A stretch of 32,000 bases of DNA from Candidatus Kuenenia stuttgartensis (GTDB taxonomy: Bacteria; Planctomycetota; Brocadiia; Brocadiales; Brocadiaceae): positions 1,050,001 through 1,082,000 of the forward strand of contig NZ_LT934425.1 of assembly GCF_900232105.1 (NCBI RefSeq), read 5' to 3'. Each line of letters begins with the position of its first letter. Positions within the stretch are counted from its first letter, which is position 1. This document shows, one piece after another, positions 9,040 to 25,100 of this stretch. A program made the position numbers and the translations under genes. The notes beneath the pieces were generated by a model. It saw nothing but the letters and a program-made list of their open reading frames with translations. It had not been told where the DNA came from and did not search any database.

Positions 9040-10095
9040 TTATTTACCTAAAATTTTTTGCACGTTTTCCGTGGAAGGTTTTTCTATTACGCCTTTCTCG
9101 GTAATAATCGCAGTAATATTTTTTGCCGGCGTTACATCAAAGGCGGGATTGAATACCTTTACTCCCTCCGGTGCCGTTCTTTTGCCAAACCCGCAGGTAA
9201 CTTCCTCTGATGACCGTTCTTCAATGGGAATTTCATCGCCAGATGTGATATTCAGGTCAAATGTAGATACCGGAGCTGCGACATAGAAAGGAATGCCATG
9301 TTCTTTTGCCAGGATTGATACGCCATATGTGCCAATCTTATTTGCGGCGTCGCCATTTGCCGCAATCCTGTCTGCGCCCACAATAACACACTGAATCTTG
9401 CCTAATTTCATTACATGAGCCGCCATGTTGTCGCATATAAGTGTAACGTCTATGCCGGCATGCATGAGTTCCCATGTCGTCAGTCGTGCGCCTTGCAAAA
9501 GTGGACGGGTTTCGTCGGCGTAGACCTTAAATTTTTTACCGTTTTCTTTTGCCTTAAACATAACTGCCAGCGCGGTGCCGTAATCCGCAGTGGCAAGTCC
9601 GCCCGCATTGCAATGTGTAAGAACGCCATCACCGTCTTTAATAAACTTCGCTCCGTTTTCCCCTATTTGCCTGCAAATAGATTTGTCTTCATTTTGAACA
9701 TTGATTGCTTCCCGCAAGAGGATTTCTTTGATTGTATGGACCGGTTTATCACGGTTTTCCCATGCAACACGTTCCATTCTGGAAAGCCCCCAGAAAAGAT
9801 TTACCGCCGTAGGCCGTGAGGAACCAAGATAGTTTGTAACATTCTTTAGTTCTTTAAAAAAAGCCTCTGTATCATCGGTGCGAATATCTTTAATTCCTAA
9901 TAACACGCCGGTAACCGCTGCGATGCCAATTGCCGGCGCTCCTCGTACCATGAGTGTTTTAATTGCGCGCCAAATACTCTTTAAGTCTTCACAATATATA
10001 TACTTTATTTCAGCAGGCAAAAGGGTCTGGTCGATCAATCGAACACGGCCTTCTATATTCCCTTCCCACTCTATGGTTGGTAACGGCATTTCCAT
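9040..10095 (-). CDS. mtnA: S-methyl-5-thioribose-1-phosphate isomerase
   Basis: 351-aa ORF with MVRGAPAIGIAAVTGVLLG, ALTHCNAGGLAT-like VLTHCNAGGLATADYGTALAV, VIVGADRIAANGDAANKIGTY, and FDLNITSGDEIPIEER. Confidence 0.95.
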   Translation of the reverse strand: MEMPLPTIEWEGNIEGRVRLIDQTLLPAEIKYIYCEDLKSIWRAIKTLMVRGAPAIGIAAVTGVLLGIKDIRTDDTEAFFKELKNVTNYLGSSRPTAVNLFWGLSRMERVAWENRDKPVHTIKEILLREAINVQNEDKSICRQIGENGAKFIKDGDGVLTHCNAGGLATADYGTALAVMFKAKENGKKFKVYADETRPLLQGARLTTWELMHAGIDVTLICDNMAAHVMKLGKIQCVIVGADRIAANGDAANKIGTYGVSILAKEHGIPFYVAAPVSTFDLNITSGDEIPIEERSSEEVTCGFGKRTAPEGVKVFNPAFDVTPAKNITAIITEKGVIEKPSTENVQKILGK

Positions 10096-10231
10096 CTCCT
10101 TATGTAATAATACATACCATCTATAAACTTAATTGTTATGCTATTTGGGATTTTGAATTTCTGCATTTCGCAAACTAAAATTAAAGGGGGTGAGGTGCTA
10201 CAATGCTTTTCGTCCGGGGTAACAGCCGCCA

Positions 10232-11005
10232 TCATTTTAACAGAGTGTTATATATTTGTGTAATAAAATCCGGCAGGAACTCCGATAATGAGCGTGATGC
10301 GAACTTTGCCTGTTTACGGAGATTTTTTAAGGTAAAAATGCTGTACGGTTTCTTAAATAGGTACAATGATACGGCAGGCACATTTATGTTCCCTTTTTCA
10401 TTAACAAGGTTTTCACAGACAGCCACATCTTCATCTGCCCTATCGGAAATTGCCCGCACGACAATAAATGGGATCCCTAGATTATGCGACTGTTCCGCAA
10501 TCAGAAAAGATTCCATGTCAACGGCAATTGCATAAGTAGTATTTCCAAGTAATTTTTTGTATGAAGATAAGTGGATTATTTTATTTGTTGTCGCAATTAT
10601 TCCATAATGTACTTTAAAACGAGGGCTGCCGGACAATTCCCTCGCCACATCCAAAATGGAAGATTCACAGGAAATAACCGGGCTGCTATGCGCTTTCTTT
10701 CCCAATGTTTCATCTGTTACATACAATACTTTTTCCCCTATGACCAAATCGCCCACATCAATTTCCGGCCGCAGCGCCCCCGCAAAACCAGAAGAAATTA
10801 CTAACTGTATTCTGAATTGTTGAGATAAGTGCTGGAGAACAGAGGAAACGTTTTGCCCTATTCCCGTCTGAATAAGTGCTACCGGAAAACCATACAGCTC
10901 GGCATGGTAAAATGTAATATGTCCGAAACGTATTTTCCCCAAAATATTTACTTTTGATTTTATAGAAACAATTTCCCGGCTTAGAGCGAAAAATATTACA
11001 ATCAT
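10232..11005 (-). CDS. MTA/SAH nucleosidase-like phosphorylase-superfamily protein
   Basis: 257-aa ORF with LIQTGIGQNVSS, LVISSGFAGALRPEIDVGDLVIG, and AVDMESFLIAEQSHNLGIPFIVVRAISDRADED. Confidence 0.85.
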   Translation of the reverse strand: MIVIFFALSREIVSIKSKVNILGKIRFGHITFYHAELYGFPVALIQTGIGQNVSSVLQHLSQQFRIQLVISSGFAGALRPEIDVGDLVIGEKVLYVTDETLGKKAHSSPVISCESSILDVARELSGSPRFKVHYGIIATTNKIIHLSSYKKLLGNTTYAIAVDMESFLIAEQSHNLGIPFIVVRAISDRADEDVAVCENLVNEKGNINVPAVSLYLFKKPYSIFTLKNLRKQAKFASRSLSEFLPDFITQIYNTLLK

Positions 11006-11047
11006 TGTTCTTGCGCTAATTTAACGTTTAGGAATTTCAATTTTTTT

Positions 11048-11138
11048 GTAGAGACGCATTGCATGCGTCCGGAAACTGCTGCACATAATGAAAATGTTGA
11101 ATGAAACAACAGAGAGACACATGCAATGCGTCTCTACA
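11048..11138 (+). repeat. Palindromic dispersed repeat, copy B
   Basis: gtagagacgcattgcatgcgtcc (11048-11070) and acatgcaatgcgtctctac (to 11138) are inverted. The interior ctgctgcacataatgaaaatgttga matches the reverse complement of copy A. Confidence 0.8.
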
Positions 11139-11385
11139 TCAACAATCTAAGGTGGGATATGGAAACCCACGGCAACATCAAAGTTATATTGCAAAGTACT
11201 ACAAATCAGGCATGTTGTCGAAATGATAGTTAATCAACAGAGTCAATATGGAAGTAAATCTCGGACCAATGCGTCTATAAGCAAACAACACGCGGAATGA
11301 AAAGAGGTGCTAGAAATATTTAGCGGTAGCGAGGAAAAATATAGAAAGGATATCGAAAGGAGCCAAACAGATAGATAAGAAAGAA

Positions 11386-11658
11386 TTAGTTATGAGAATT
11401 AAAATATTTCGAAAACATATTATCTACCTGATCCTGGCTCAACCAATCTTTTGCTTCTCCCATGTCTATATTTGTCGCAACTTTTATATATTCATTAATA
11501 TACTGAAGTAAATCCTTTTTTGTAATAGCCTCCATTTTTACCAGTAATTCACCTATACGCAAATTGTTATCATGCTTTTGTAAACTGAGCACTTCATTTA
11601 ATGTTTCTTGTGAAATATAATTATTCTTAACTAAAAATTCACCTATTTTCATTAACAA
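11386..11658 (-). CDS. Small stand-alone protein resembling the GspE/MshE N-terminal domain
   Basis: 90-aa ORF KIGEFLVKNNYISQETLNEVLSLQK...RIGELLVKMEAITKKDLLQYINEY, a duplicated 'lGelLv..g.it...l..al..Q' pattern. Confidence 0.6.
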   Translation of the reverse strand: MLMKIGEFLVKNNYISQETLNEVLSLQKHDNNLRIGELLVKMEAITKKDLLQYINEYIKVATNIDMGEAKDWLSQDQVDNMFSKYFNSHN

Positions 11659-11892
11659 TCTCTTATTTTATGATTTAATCTTTTTATCTTTACGATATTA
11701 TATCGGTTTGCCAAATCATACATAAAAATTATGCCTATTTATTATTTTGCAAATTTAGTGGCTCAAAAATTCAAAATTAATTAATACTTCTTCAAATAAT
11801 TGTAGCGCTTCATAGTTTCTTATGGTTCCACGGATGTAACATGATGAATGTTTTTAAAAACGGACAAAATTTGAGGTTAATGACAGCGTCGT

Positions 11893-13335
11893 TTAGTCCA
11901 AACCTTTCAATTTATTCTTCAAGATTTCATTCACTATTTTTGGGTTTGCCATTCCCTTTGATTCTTTCATAACTTGTCCAATGATAAAGGCAATAGCATT
12001 CTTTTTACCCTTTTTATAATCTTCTATCGCATTTGGATGAGAAACAATAACCTTATCTACTATTTCAATTATCTGCCACTCATCACTAATTTGCGCCAGT
12101 TTTTTTTCTTCGATAATTGTTTTTGGTTCTTTTCCCGTGTCAATCATTTCAGAAAACACTTCTTTGGCAATTGTATTGCTTATTGTGCCATCATCAATCA
12201 TTCCCACGAGAGATGCTAATTGCTCCGGTTTCATTTTCAGCGAAGCAATATCCAACCGTTTCTCTTTTACTTCCCTTAACAAATCATTTATTATCCAATT
12301 ACATAATGCTTTAGGGAGATTTACAACCTTCACACATTCCTCGAAAAAATCTGAAAGCATTTTATCCTCAGTCAACAAATCAGCGTCGTAATTGGATAAT
12401 TGAAAAGACGCTACAAACCTCTGTTTTCTTTCAAGAGGAAGTTCCGGAATAGTATCTTTTATCGAACATATCCATTTTTCATCTATCACAAACGGTAATA
12501 AATCCGGCTCGGGAAAATAGCGGTAATCCTGCGCTTCTTCTTTTGAACGCATTCTTACGCTTCTCCCGCGTATTTCGTCCCATAATCGCGTTTCCCGCTC
12601 TATCATTTCACCACGATTCAGTAATTCGCGCTGCCTTGATGTTTCATATTCAATCGCCTTTAATACAGATTTCATTGAGTTTAGGTTTTTAATTTCCACC
12701 CTATTACCCAATTTTTTTTCACCATTTTTTCTCAATGAAATGCTTGCCTCAAATCTAAGTGATCCCTCCTGCATCTTACAATCAGATATGCCTGTATAAA
12801 AAATTATTTTTCTTAATGTCTGCATATAGCTTTCTACTTCAACTATATTTCTCATGTCCGGGTATGAAACAATTTCCAACAAAGGAACTCCAGCTCTGTT
12901 AAAATCGATAAGGCTATAATCTGCACCTGCTTCTTCAGGGTGTATAAGCTTACCGGCTTCTTCTTCCAGATGAACATTATGTACCCTGATTTTCTGAATG
13001 GCATTGTTCACTTCAATAACGATAAATCCATCAACACCTAAATTATAATAATTTTGTGAAATCTGATAGTTTTTGGGTAAGTCCGGATAATAATAACTCT
13101 TTCTATCAAAATTCGTGTATCGGTTAATAGTGCAATTCAGTGCTATAGCAGCCTTTAATGCATACTCAAAGGCTTTTTTGTTTACGACCGGCAAAACACC
13201 AGGCATTCCTAAACAAATTGGACATATTTGTGTATTGGGCTCAGCGCCAAACTTTGCATTACAACCACAAAACAATTTTGTGACTGTAGACAATTCAGCA
13301 TGGGTCTCTAGTCCTATAACAACCTCGTAAGCCAT
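11893..13335 (-). CDS. gatB: Asp-tRNA(Asn)/Glu-tRNA(Gln) amidotransferase subunit B
   Basis: 480-aa ORF beginning MAYEVVIGLETHAELSTVTKLFCGC, with FDRKSYYYPDLPKNYQISQ and EEAGADYSLIDFNRAGVPLLEIVS. Confidence 0.97.
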   Translation of the reverse strand: MAYEVVIGLETHAELSTVTKLFCGCNAKFGAEPNTQICPICLGMPGVLPVVNKKAFEYALKAAIALNCTINRYTNFDRKSYYYPDLPKNYQISQNYYNLGVDGFIVIEVNNAIQKIRVHNVHLEEEAGKLIHPEEAGADYSLIDFNRAGVPLLEIVSYPDMRNIVEVESYMQTLRKIIFYTGISDCKMQEGSLRFEASISLRKNGEKKLGNRVEIKNLNSMKSVLKAIEYETSRQRELLNRGEMIERETRLWDEIRGRSVRMRSKEEAQDYRYFPEPDLLPFVIDEKWICSIKDTIPELPLERKQRFVASFQLSNYDADLLTEDKMLSDFFEECVKVVNLPKALCNWIINDLLREVKEKRLDIASLKMKPEQLASLVGMIDDGTISNTIAKEVFSEMIDTGKEPKTIIEEKKLAQISDEWQIIEIVDKVIVSHPNAIEDYKKGKKNAIAFIIGQVMKESKGMANPKIVNEILKNKLKGLD

Positions 13336-13365
13336 TTGAATATTTTTGCCTTTAATACAGTAAAA

Positions 13366-14826
13366 TTACAATTTGGGTTCAATCAAATGAAAGTCAGTAT
13401 CTCTTTCAAAAGAATATGCAATTTGTAACATTTTAGCTTCTTCGAAGTAATTGGTGAGTATCTGCAAACCAATCGGCAAACCTTCTTTAGAAAATCCACA
13501 AGGAATCGAAATGCTTGGAATGCCGGACAAGTTTGCGGGAATGGTATAAATGTCAGAAAGATACATCTCTAAGGGATTGTCAATACGTTCTGCGATCTTA
13601 AATGCAGGAACAGGGGAGGTGGGGCAAACAATGCAATCAACTTTTTCAAAGACCGTGTCAAAATCTTTTTTTATTAAATTCCTCACTTTTGAAGCTTTTA
13701 AATAATAAGCCTCATAATAACCTGAACTTAATGCATAGTTGCCGAGCATAACACGCCGTTTCACTTCATTACCAAATCCTTCCGAACGGGACCGGCAATA
13801 CATTTCATCAATGCCTTTTATATTGTTTGCACGAAAACCATACCTTACACCGTCAAATCGCGATAAGTTAGAGCTTGCCTCTGCATTTGCCACTATATAA
13901 TAAACAGCAACTGCATATTCAGTATGGGGCAAAGATACCTCTACAAGCTTAGCCCCAAGTCTTTCGTAAATTTTTAAAGAGTTATCTACTGCCGTACGAA
14001 CATCAGCATCCAAACCCTCTGCAAAATATTCACGCGGAATGCCAATTTTAATGCCTTTTACACCACCACCAATTCCATTTAGATAATCAGGGACATTTAT
14101 ATCAGCACACGTAGTATCATTCTTATCTTTACCTGCAATTACACTCAAAAGCAATGCAGCATCACTTACATCCTTAGTGATAGGGCCAATTTGATCAAGA
14201 GAAGAACTAAATGCAACTAAACCAAATCGAGATACCCTTCCGTAAGTTGGTTTTAATCCAACAACTCCACACAAAGCCGCAGGCTGTCTTATTGAACCAC
14301 CAGTTTCAGAACCCAATGCCATAAATGCAAGATCTGCGGACACTGCTGCTGAGGAACCACCGCTTGATCCGCCTGGCACAAAATTTTGATTATAAGGATT
14401 GCGAGTAATTTTATAGCTGGAGTTTTCGGTTGAAGAACCCATTGCGAATTCATCCAAATTGGTTTTGCCAATTATAATGGAATCTTCTTCTTTTAACCGT
14501 TTAACAACAAAGGCATCGTACGGTGGGATAAAAGTTTTGAGAATCTTAGAGGCACACGTAGTAGTTAAATCTTTTGTACAAATATTATCTTTAACGGCAA
14601 TGGGGATACCCGCGAGCAAACCTACACTCTCATGGTTTGCAACCTTCTTGTCAATTTCCTTAGCCTTTTTAAATGCGTTTTCTTCATCTAATGTAAGAAA
14701 TGACTGTATATTTGAATCGATCTTAAAAATCCGTTCAAACAACATATTAACTATGTCCGTTGCCCGAATTTCTTCTGATAATATTTTCCGTTTTATTTGA
14801 AGTGCGGTAAAACTTAAAAATTTCAA
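13366..14826 (-). CDS. gatA: Asp-tRNA(Asn)/Glu-tRNA(Gln) amidotransferase subunit A (amidase signature)
   Basis: 486-aa ORF with [24 protein letters not shown] and [67 protein letters not shown]. Confidence 0.97.
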   Translation of the reverse strand: MKFLSFTALQIKRKILSEEIRATDIVNMLFERIFKIDSNIQSFLTLDEENAFKKAKEIDKKVANHESVGLLAGIPIAVKDNICTKDLTTTCASKILKTFIPPYDAFVVKRLKEEDSIIIGKTNLDEFAMGSSTENSSYKITRNPYNQNFVPGGSSGGSSAAVSADLAFMALGSETGGSIRQPAALCGVVGLKPTYGRVSRFGLVAFSSSLDQIGPITKDVSDAALLLSVIAGKDKNDTTCADINVPDYLNGIGGGVKGIKIGIPREYFAEGLDADVRTAVDNSLKIYERLGAKLVEVSLPHTEYAVAVYYIVANAEASSNLSRFDGVRYGFRANNIKGIDEMYCRSRSEGFGNEVKRRVMLGNYALSSGYYEAYYLKASKVRNLIKKDFDTVFEKVDCIVCPTSPVPAFKIAERIDNPLEMYLSDIYTIPANLSGIPSISIPCGFSKEGLPIGLQILTNYFEEAKMLQIAYSFERDTDFHLIEPKL

Positions 14827-14851
14827 AAACGCTTCTCTTATAACAAATTAT

Positions 14852-15139
14852 TTATTCCAGTACTTTTGGTACTTTAAAAAAAAAACCCTCAGTAGCAGGT
14901 GCCAAGGAGAGGGCTTTTTCCCGTCTGATTGATTCTTCCAACGTATCTTCTCTAAATATATTGGTAATATTGAAAGGGTGAATTAACGGCGCAATATTTT
15001 CGGTATTAAGTTTATTTAATTTTTCTATATACAACAGCACTTCTCGCAACTGACTTGTAAATATTTTCTTTTCATCGTCACTAAGCTCAAATTTTGATAA
15101 TGATGCAACATATTCGATGTCTTTATTACTAATATTCAT
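14852..15139 (-). CDS. gatC: Asp-tRNA(Asn)/Glu-tRNA(Gln) amidotransferase subunit C
   Basis: 95-aa ORF NISNKDIEYVASLSKFELSDDEKKIFTSQLREVLLYIEKLNKLNTENIAP, directly upstream of gatA. Confidence 0.93.
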   Translation of the reverse strand: MNISNKDIEYVASLSKFELSDDEKKIFTSQLREVLLYIEKLNKLNTENIAPLIHPFNITNIFREDTLEESIRREKALSLAPATEGFFFKVPKVLE

Positions 15140-15169
15140 AATTTTTCAACTTATCCACGATTCATAAGG

Positions 15170-15403
15170 TTATAATGCTTTTATTACTTTTCCAGCACTA
15201 ATGCACCTCGTACAAACTTTTATTCTTTTCACAGTTTTGTTATCAATCAGTGCTTTTACCTTTTGTATATTCGGCTTAAACTTTCGTTTTGTCTTCCCTG
15301 TAATTTTTTTACCTACGCCACCTTTCCACTTTGCCAAACCTCTAGTTTCAATCTGATTGCCCGCTACTGTCTTTTTTTTGCATATCTCACAAACCCTAGA
15401 CAT
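15170..15403 (-). CDS. rpmB: 50S ribosomal protein L28
   Basis: MSRVCEICKKKTVAGNQIETRGLAKWKGG...KTKRKFKPNIQKVKALIDNKTVKRIKVCTRCISAGKV. The start is placed at the internal Met (MSRVCEIC) of the 89-aa ORF. Confidence 0.88.
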   Translation of the reverse strand: MSRVCEICKKKTVAGNQIETRGLAKWKGGVGKKITGKTKRKFKPNIQKVKALIDNKTVKRIKVCTRCISAGKVIKAL

Positions 15404-15429
15404 AAAAATACCCTTTCTACAAAAATTTC

Positions 15430-15882
15430 TTACTGACATAACTTTTCGTCAGGTTTTTTAAAACAATCTTCACACAGTCCTTGAATTTGTAACCGATGTG
15501 ATTTTGGAACAAATTTATTTTTTTTACACACAGCAACTTGTAGATTTTCAATTTTTTTTTCAAAAAATTCTATAATCTTACCACAGTTATCACAGACTAA
15601 ATGATCATGATGTTCTTGTCCATGAACATGCTCATAATGCGTGTGCCTCTCGCCAGATATAACTTCTCTTAACAACCCACTTTCGACAAGCAGAGCAAGA
15701 GAACGATAAATCGTCGCTTTTGATACTTTATAACCATTCAGCCTCAAATCCACTAACAACTCATCTGCTTCAAAGTGTTTATGGCTTTCAAACACATGAG
15801 TAAAAACAGACTTTCGTTCTGTTGTATATTTTAAACCTCGAGAATAAAGAAATTCAATGAACTTCTCTTCCTCTGAATCCAT
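15430..15882 (-). CDS. Fur-family metal-dependent transcriptional regulator
   Basis: 150-aa ORF with GYKVSKATIYRSLALLVESGLLREV, HYEHVHGQEHHDHLVCDNCGKIIEF, and CEDCFKK. Confidence 0.92.
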   Translation of the reverse strand: MDSEEEKFIEFLYSRGLKYTTERKSVFTHVFESHKHFEADELLVDLRLNGYKVSKATIYRSLALLVESGLLREVISGERHTHYEHVHGQEHHDHLVCDNCGKIIEFFEKKIENLQVAVCKKNKFVPKSHRLQIQGLCEDCFKKPDEKLCQ

Positions 15883-15982
15883 GATGGACTACCTTTATTT
15901 TAAATTTCACCTATAAAACTTGAAAATATAACCTAAATTTAGTTTTTTGTAGATTTAAGATAAAAATAAAGCTACAAATAAT

Positions 15983-16014
15983 AAAACCCATCCCGATGTA
16001 TCGGGACGGGTTTT
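15983..16014 (-). terminator. Probable bidirectional intrinsic terminator downstream of the rRNA operon
   Basis: aaaacccatcccgatgtatcgggacgggtttt, a strong GC stem with A/T tracts on both sides, immediately past the 5S 3' end. Confidence 0.8.
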
Positions 16015-16023
16015 ATTATTTAT

Positions 16024-16133
16024 TCCCGGCAGTAACTTACTCTCCCAGCTTTCACCAGTACCATCAGCGTAAGAAGCTTAACTACCGTGTTCGGAATGGA
16101 AACGGGTGTTTCATTCTTACTATATCCACCGGA
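16024..16133 (-). rRNA. rrf: 5S ribosomal RNA
   Basis: Reverse complement of ccggcagtaacttactctcccagc...ccatcagcg...ttaactaccgtgttcggaatggaaacgggtg...ccaccgg, in the expected position after 23S. Ends approximate. Confidence 0.88.
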
Positions 16134-16314
16134 AATTATAAATTTATATCAATCAACCTCAAACTTCACTCTTTTTCAAACGATAGCATTTGAAACTAAA
16201 TCGTCAATGTGTAATATTTTTTTTGAAAAAGTATCAAAAAAATTAACAGCTTATACAATAATGAATAACTTAACGGTAACAAATTGAAACGCAATTTATA
16301 TAAAGAACTCAAGC

Positions 16315-19305
<2,991 letters not shown>

Positions 19306-19521
19306 CTTAAATAAATCGAGAATCAAATTGCTACCCGTTAAGTATTCACTTTTCAAAGAACAAACTATGTCGCAAAACTTAGTATTTCAATCTCCAACAA
19401 TGACAAATGCTGAGATATACAATATGCAGTCTACATGTGATTATACAGGCTTAAAATTAGCTATCAAAGACAGGCGACCAGTTACCGCAAGACCTAAAAA
19501 CCTTGCGCAAAGAAATCAAAC

Positions 19522-19597
19522 TGGTGGAGATGAGCGGGATCGAACCGCTAACCTCTGCCTTGCAAGGGCAGCGCTCTCCCAGTTGAGCTACATCCCC
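19522..19597 (-). tRNA. tRNA-Ala (anticodon TGC)
   Basis: Reverse complement ggggatgtagctcaactgggagagcgctgcccttgcaaggcagaggttagcggttcgatcccgctcatctccacca folds as a cloverleaf and has an encoded CCA. Confidence 0.95.
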
Positions 19598-19623
19598 CTT
19601 CAGACCGGACGTATAAAAGAAAA

Positions 19624-19701
19624 TGGTGGGCCTAAGTGGACTCGAACCACTGACCTTTCCCTTATCAGGGGAATGCTCTAAACCAACTGAGCTATAGGCC
19701 C
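19624..19701 (-). tRNA. tRNA-Ile (anticodon GAT)
   Basis: Reverse complement gggcctatagctcagttggtttagagcattcccctgataagggaaaggtcagtggttcgagtccacttaggcccacca, with an encoded CCA. Confidence 0.95.
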
Positions 19702-19802
19702 AAACCATCGAGCAATATTTGGGCCACACTCTGTTTCCAAAGGCAATATAACTTACAAAAAAAATAGAAGCCTTTTGCGCGCGAGACAAAACCGTTACAA
19801 CA

Positions 19803-21398
<1,596 letters not shown>

Positions 21399-22154
21399 AA
21401 CAACAAAAGGCTAACCAAACTAACTGGCTACTTAATTTTACATCTATTCAAAAAAAAGAAATTGTTATGGCTTTTGTACTCGCACGCAATTGACTTCTAA
21501 ATTATAAAAGAACAGAACTTCCAAAACCACTCATTTCCTTAATATACTATTTAAACTTCAGGATATCAAGCAAAAAGTAAACTTTTTTTTATTTCATACT
21601 TTCTCGACTTAGGATTAGTACTCAATGAGCAGTTTCACAAAAAAATTGAACTTCGAAGATAATACCATCAAAAACTATTATTTCAATCTTTAAATTCGAT
21701 AATATTTTGAAAATATTCTTATAACATGCAATATTACTTAGGCTTATACATTAATATTGCTTATAATATTTTTCGAATCTTTACACTATTGTGATTTTTT
21801 ACCGTCAGATGCTGCATAGAGCAAAACGACTGTAATATCTTGTCAAAATTAGACATATAAAAGATTAATAATCCGCGAGAGTTGTAATGAAAGAAATAAC
21901 TCAACAATAGGTGACAAATAGTTGAACTAAATATTGGGCAGCGTCCCTGATAACAACGAAACCAGCCGTTTCAGGCATGTATTTTCTGCTTAGGTAAACA
22001 ACTCATGGCCACAAAAAAGAATACGGCCAAACTCACAGCATTTCCAAATCTCCAGGAAAAGAAATACTTCAGGCTTAAAAAAACCCGCATAATATTTGAT
22101 ATAAAGCCAAATCCCCCCCGAATCAGACGTTTTGAAATTTTTGTCGCTTCAAAT

Positions 22155-25100
22155 TTATCTGATTTTTGTAATTTTATTAGTAATATTATTTCTGTAGTTC
22201 AGCAACCTTTCATCGTTTTCCAGCCTGAAGCGGGAAGGTTGGTGTCCCTTTCTGCATAGGGTAGCGAATTTACACCACTGACAGTTTTTTTCTTTTCCCG
22301 TGGTGGGGAACAATCCCTGGCGAATGATAGCCAGGATTTCATGGACGGTTGCCCAGAAAAATTCTTTATGCTGTGCCCATTCATTGTTATTTATGGTATT
22401 TTTTTGCAGGCATCTTTCTCCATTTTCATCATTCATGCAGCGCGCAATATAAACGAATGAAGCCTCGTCGAATATTATTTCAGAGGGAAGAGAAACCTCC
22501 TTTCTATAGGTATTTACCAGGAACTGTTCTGCCATTGATATGTAAAATGGCAGTTGCAATTTTTGTCCGCACACGGCCGCTTTTAATAAATGTTCAGTGC
22601 CTGCCTTTCCGGATTTGTAATCCACCAGCCGGAAATATATTTCCTGTCCGCTTTTTTTAACATCTATTCTGTCAATCTTTCCTTTAAAAAAAATTGCCGG
22701 ATAGTCTTCAAATTTGCCTTTTGGCAATGCTAATTGTAACCTTGCTTCCAAAAAAGCAGGGCTATAACCCGTGTGTTCAATTTGTTTAATATCCCATGAC
22801 AGGAAATGTATTAAAGCGGCGACTATTTCATCCTTTTTGAGTTCCCATAGTAGCGGATAGGGAATTGGTATTTGTTTTCCCATTTTCACAAATGATTCAT
22901 TTGCAATTTTATGCAGGTATTCAACTGGATTTGTATCGGCGGCTTTCCCATCGAAATATCCCTTTTCTTTTAAATGGCAATATAATGTGTCTAATATCTC
23001 ATGATAGATAGTGCCCAGTTTGGGCAATGATATGGTTTCACCCTTTTCCGGCTCTTCCAACGGTTCCAGTTGCAGTATTTCTCTCATAAAAAATTGGAAT
23101 GGGCATGCGCCAAACGTTTCAAGCATCGTAGGATTAAAACCTTTTTGTACACGATTTTTGTACCAATGTTCCCCATCGGAAACAATACCATCATATGCTG
23201 AGAGATAGGGGCTAAAACATTCTATAGCCTGCAACGCTGATTTGGAACGTGTATAGGCTGCCAGGTTGCCACCGATTGCATTAATGCAACATGAGGGGTC
23301 TATATGTTCCAGCACCATACGGATCACGGCCTCATTGGGTGTAAGCAGCGATATATCTTCTTTGCATAATTTATTTTTTATGCTGCGGGGAACGTTCATT
23401 TTTACAGGAGACTTGTTTTCTTTATCCTCATTGCGGGTATGTATTCCTTTTATATTTTGAAGGATGTCCATTATGTAGTGGGAAGGGGTTTTGGGTTTTC
23501 CCGCCTCATCTGAACGTTCATAAAGAAGATAAATCCTTTCCTGCGCGGCATTGAGCAGGAAATAAAATAACAAACGTTCCTCCTCAAAACCCCTTAGTTT
23601 TTCAGGAATATGATTCCCAAGCGCTTCGGATAGTATTCTTCGGGTATGGTCCGGCAAAAATGGTTCTTCAAAAATAGCGCGTGGAAACTCCTTTTCGTTC
23701 AATCCGACAAGAAACAGTATCCGGAATGGTATGCCACGAGCAGACATGGCGTTCATAACCCTGACGCCTTTATTATTAGCGGTCCCGGCTTGGATCCCTT
23801 CCTGCTTGCAGGCGTTTATGAAAGTATCTGCAAATTGATCGTATGTAATTTCTTTATCGATACGATCGAGAATAGACAATGTGTCAAACAGGCAAAATAT
23901 TCTTTCTTTAATAAAAATATCTCTTTTTATAATTTCCTGATCTATGTCTTCAGAAGGAATGTGTATATATTTATCGAGAAATAGTTTTGTTTTTTGACAC
24001 ATTTGAGACCAGGTCGCCTTTTCCTGCAGGGAAAGCAAATCATTTGACAACAACTGCACTATATTTTTCAGCGACTCAATCTGATCGCAGGAGATATTGA
24101 TATTGTGAGGCAAAATATCTTCCTCCGCTGGCTCTGCCATTGCGTTCTTTAACTGTTCAAGTTTTGACAACCAGCAGCGTATACCGCTATGGATACCATT
24201 TGTCCTGCTAATAATATCCCAGAGATTCTGCCGTGAAAGGACGTCTTTTAATTCAGGAACAGGGATATTGAAATAGGGTGATTCCAGAATATCGATAACC
24301 ATAGGACGATAAAAGTTTTCGCGATCCAGCAATAGCAATTGTTTTATCATGGTAAATAAGGGGTACTTTTCTATCGGTTCCTTGTCAAGTGTGGTAAACG
24401 GGATTGCGTTTTCCTGAAAAACCTCCTGTATAATGTTTAAATATTGCCCAAGTTCTCTTGCGACAATGCCTATATCGCCAAATACGTAACCTTTATTAAT
24501 GAGTTTGAGTATTTCCTTTGCAATCACCCATATTTCATCATGTTTGCCGGATACATTGATGATGCTAAGGTTATCCAATGAAGGGGCGTCAGGCATGGAT
24601 TCTCCATGCAGAGAGGTTTTTGTTTCCGAGTCTGCGTCCATTAAATAAGAAAACCCCTGTAGATCATCTGGGGGCAGATCCTCAATGTCCCGTGCGATCC
24701 CCAACAAAAATGATTCGTAGAAATGTTTAACGTAGGTAAAAACGGCATGATTTTTTTTGTAGGGCAAAAACAATATTGTTGGATAATATCTGAATATTTC
24801 AGAGAAAAAATCCTGTTCCACGCCGGTTAAATCATAGAAACCATATGCCAGTATATATTTGAATTTTCTGAGATATTCAGAATCAGCAGCGTGCTTTGCC
24901 GCCGAACGATAGAGGTTTGAATCGTGGGATATGCCGGATGCATTCAGCGTGTTTTGGAAAAGAGTAAATAACCGCGATATATCAGACAGTTTTTGAATAT
25001 CAGCACCGCCGGTAAGTTGCTCATTAATAACTGCCCTTAAATCATCTGCATTAACATTGGCGTCTGTGAGGTCTTGCAGAGAATGAAACATTGAGCGGGC

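Noticed and set aside
9032-10126. Plus-strand ORFs opposite mtnA
   Set aside because: Antisense to a strongly conserved isomerase gene and without domain signal.
11052-11399. Possible extra small gene between the MTA/SAH-nucleosidase-like gene and the GspE-N-like gene
   Set aside because: No ORF of useful length. The sequence is explained in part by the palindromic repeat, and the rest is AT-rich intergenic DNA.
11974-12391. Plus-strand ORFs opposite gatB
   Set aside because: Antisense shadow ORFs of a highly conserved gene.
21420-21530. Promoter for the rRNA operon
   Set aside because: TATAAT-like text (minus strand near 21500) is present in an AT-rich region, but I could not find a well-spaced -35 match, so I do not call it.
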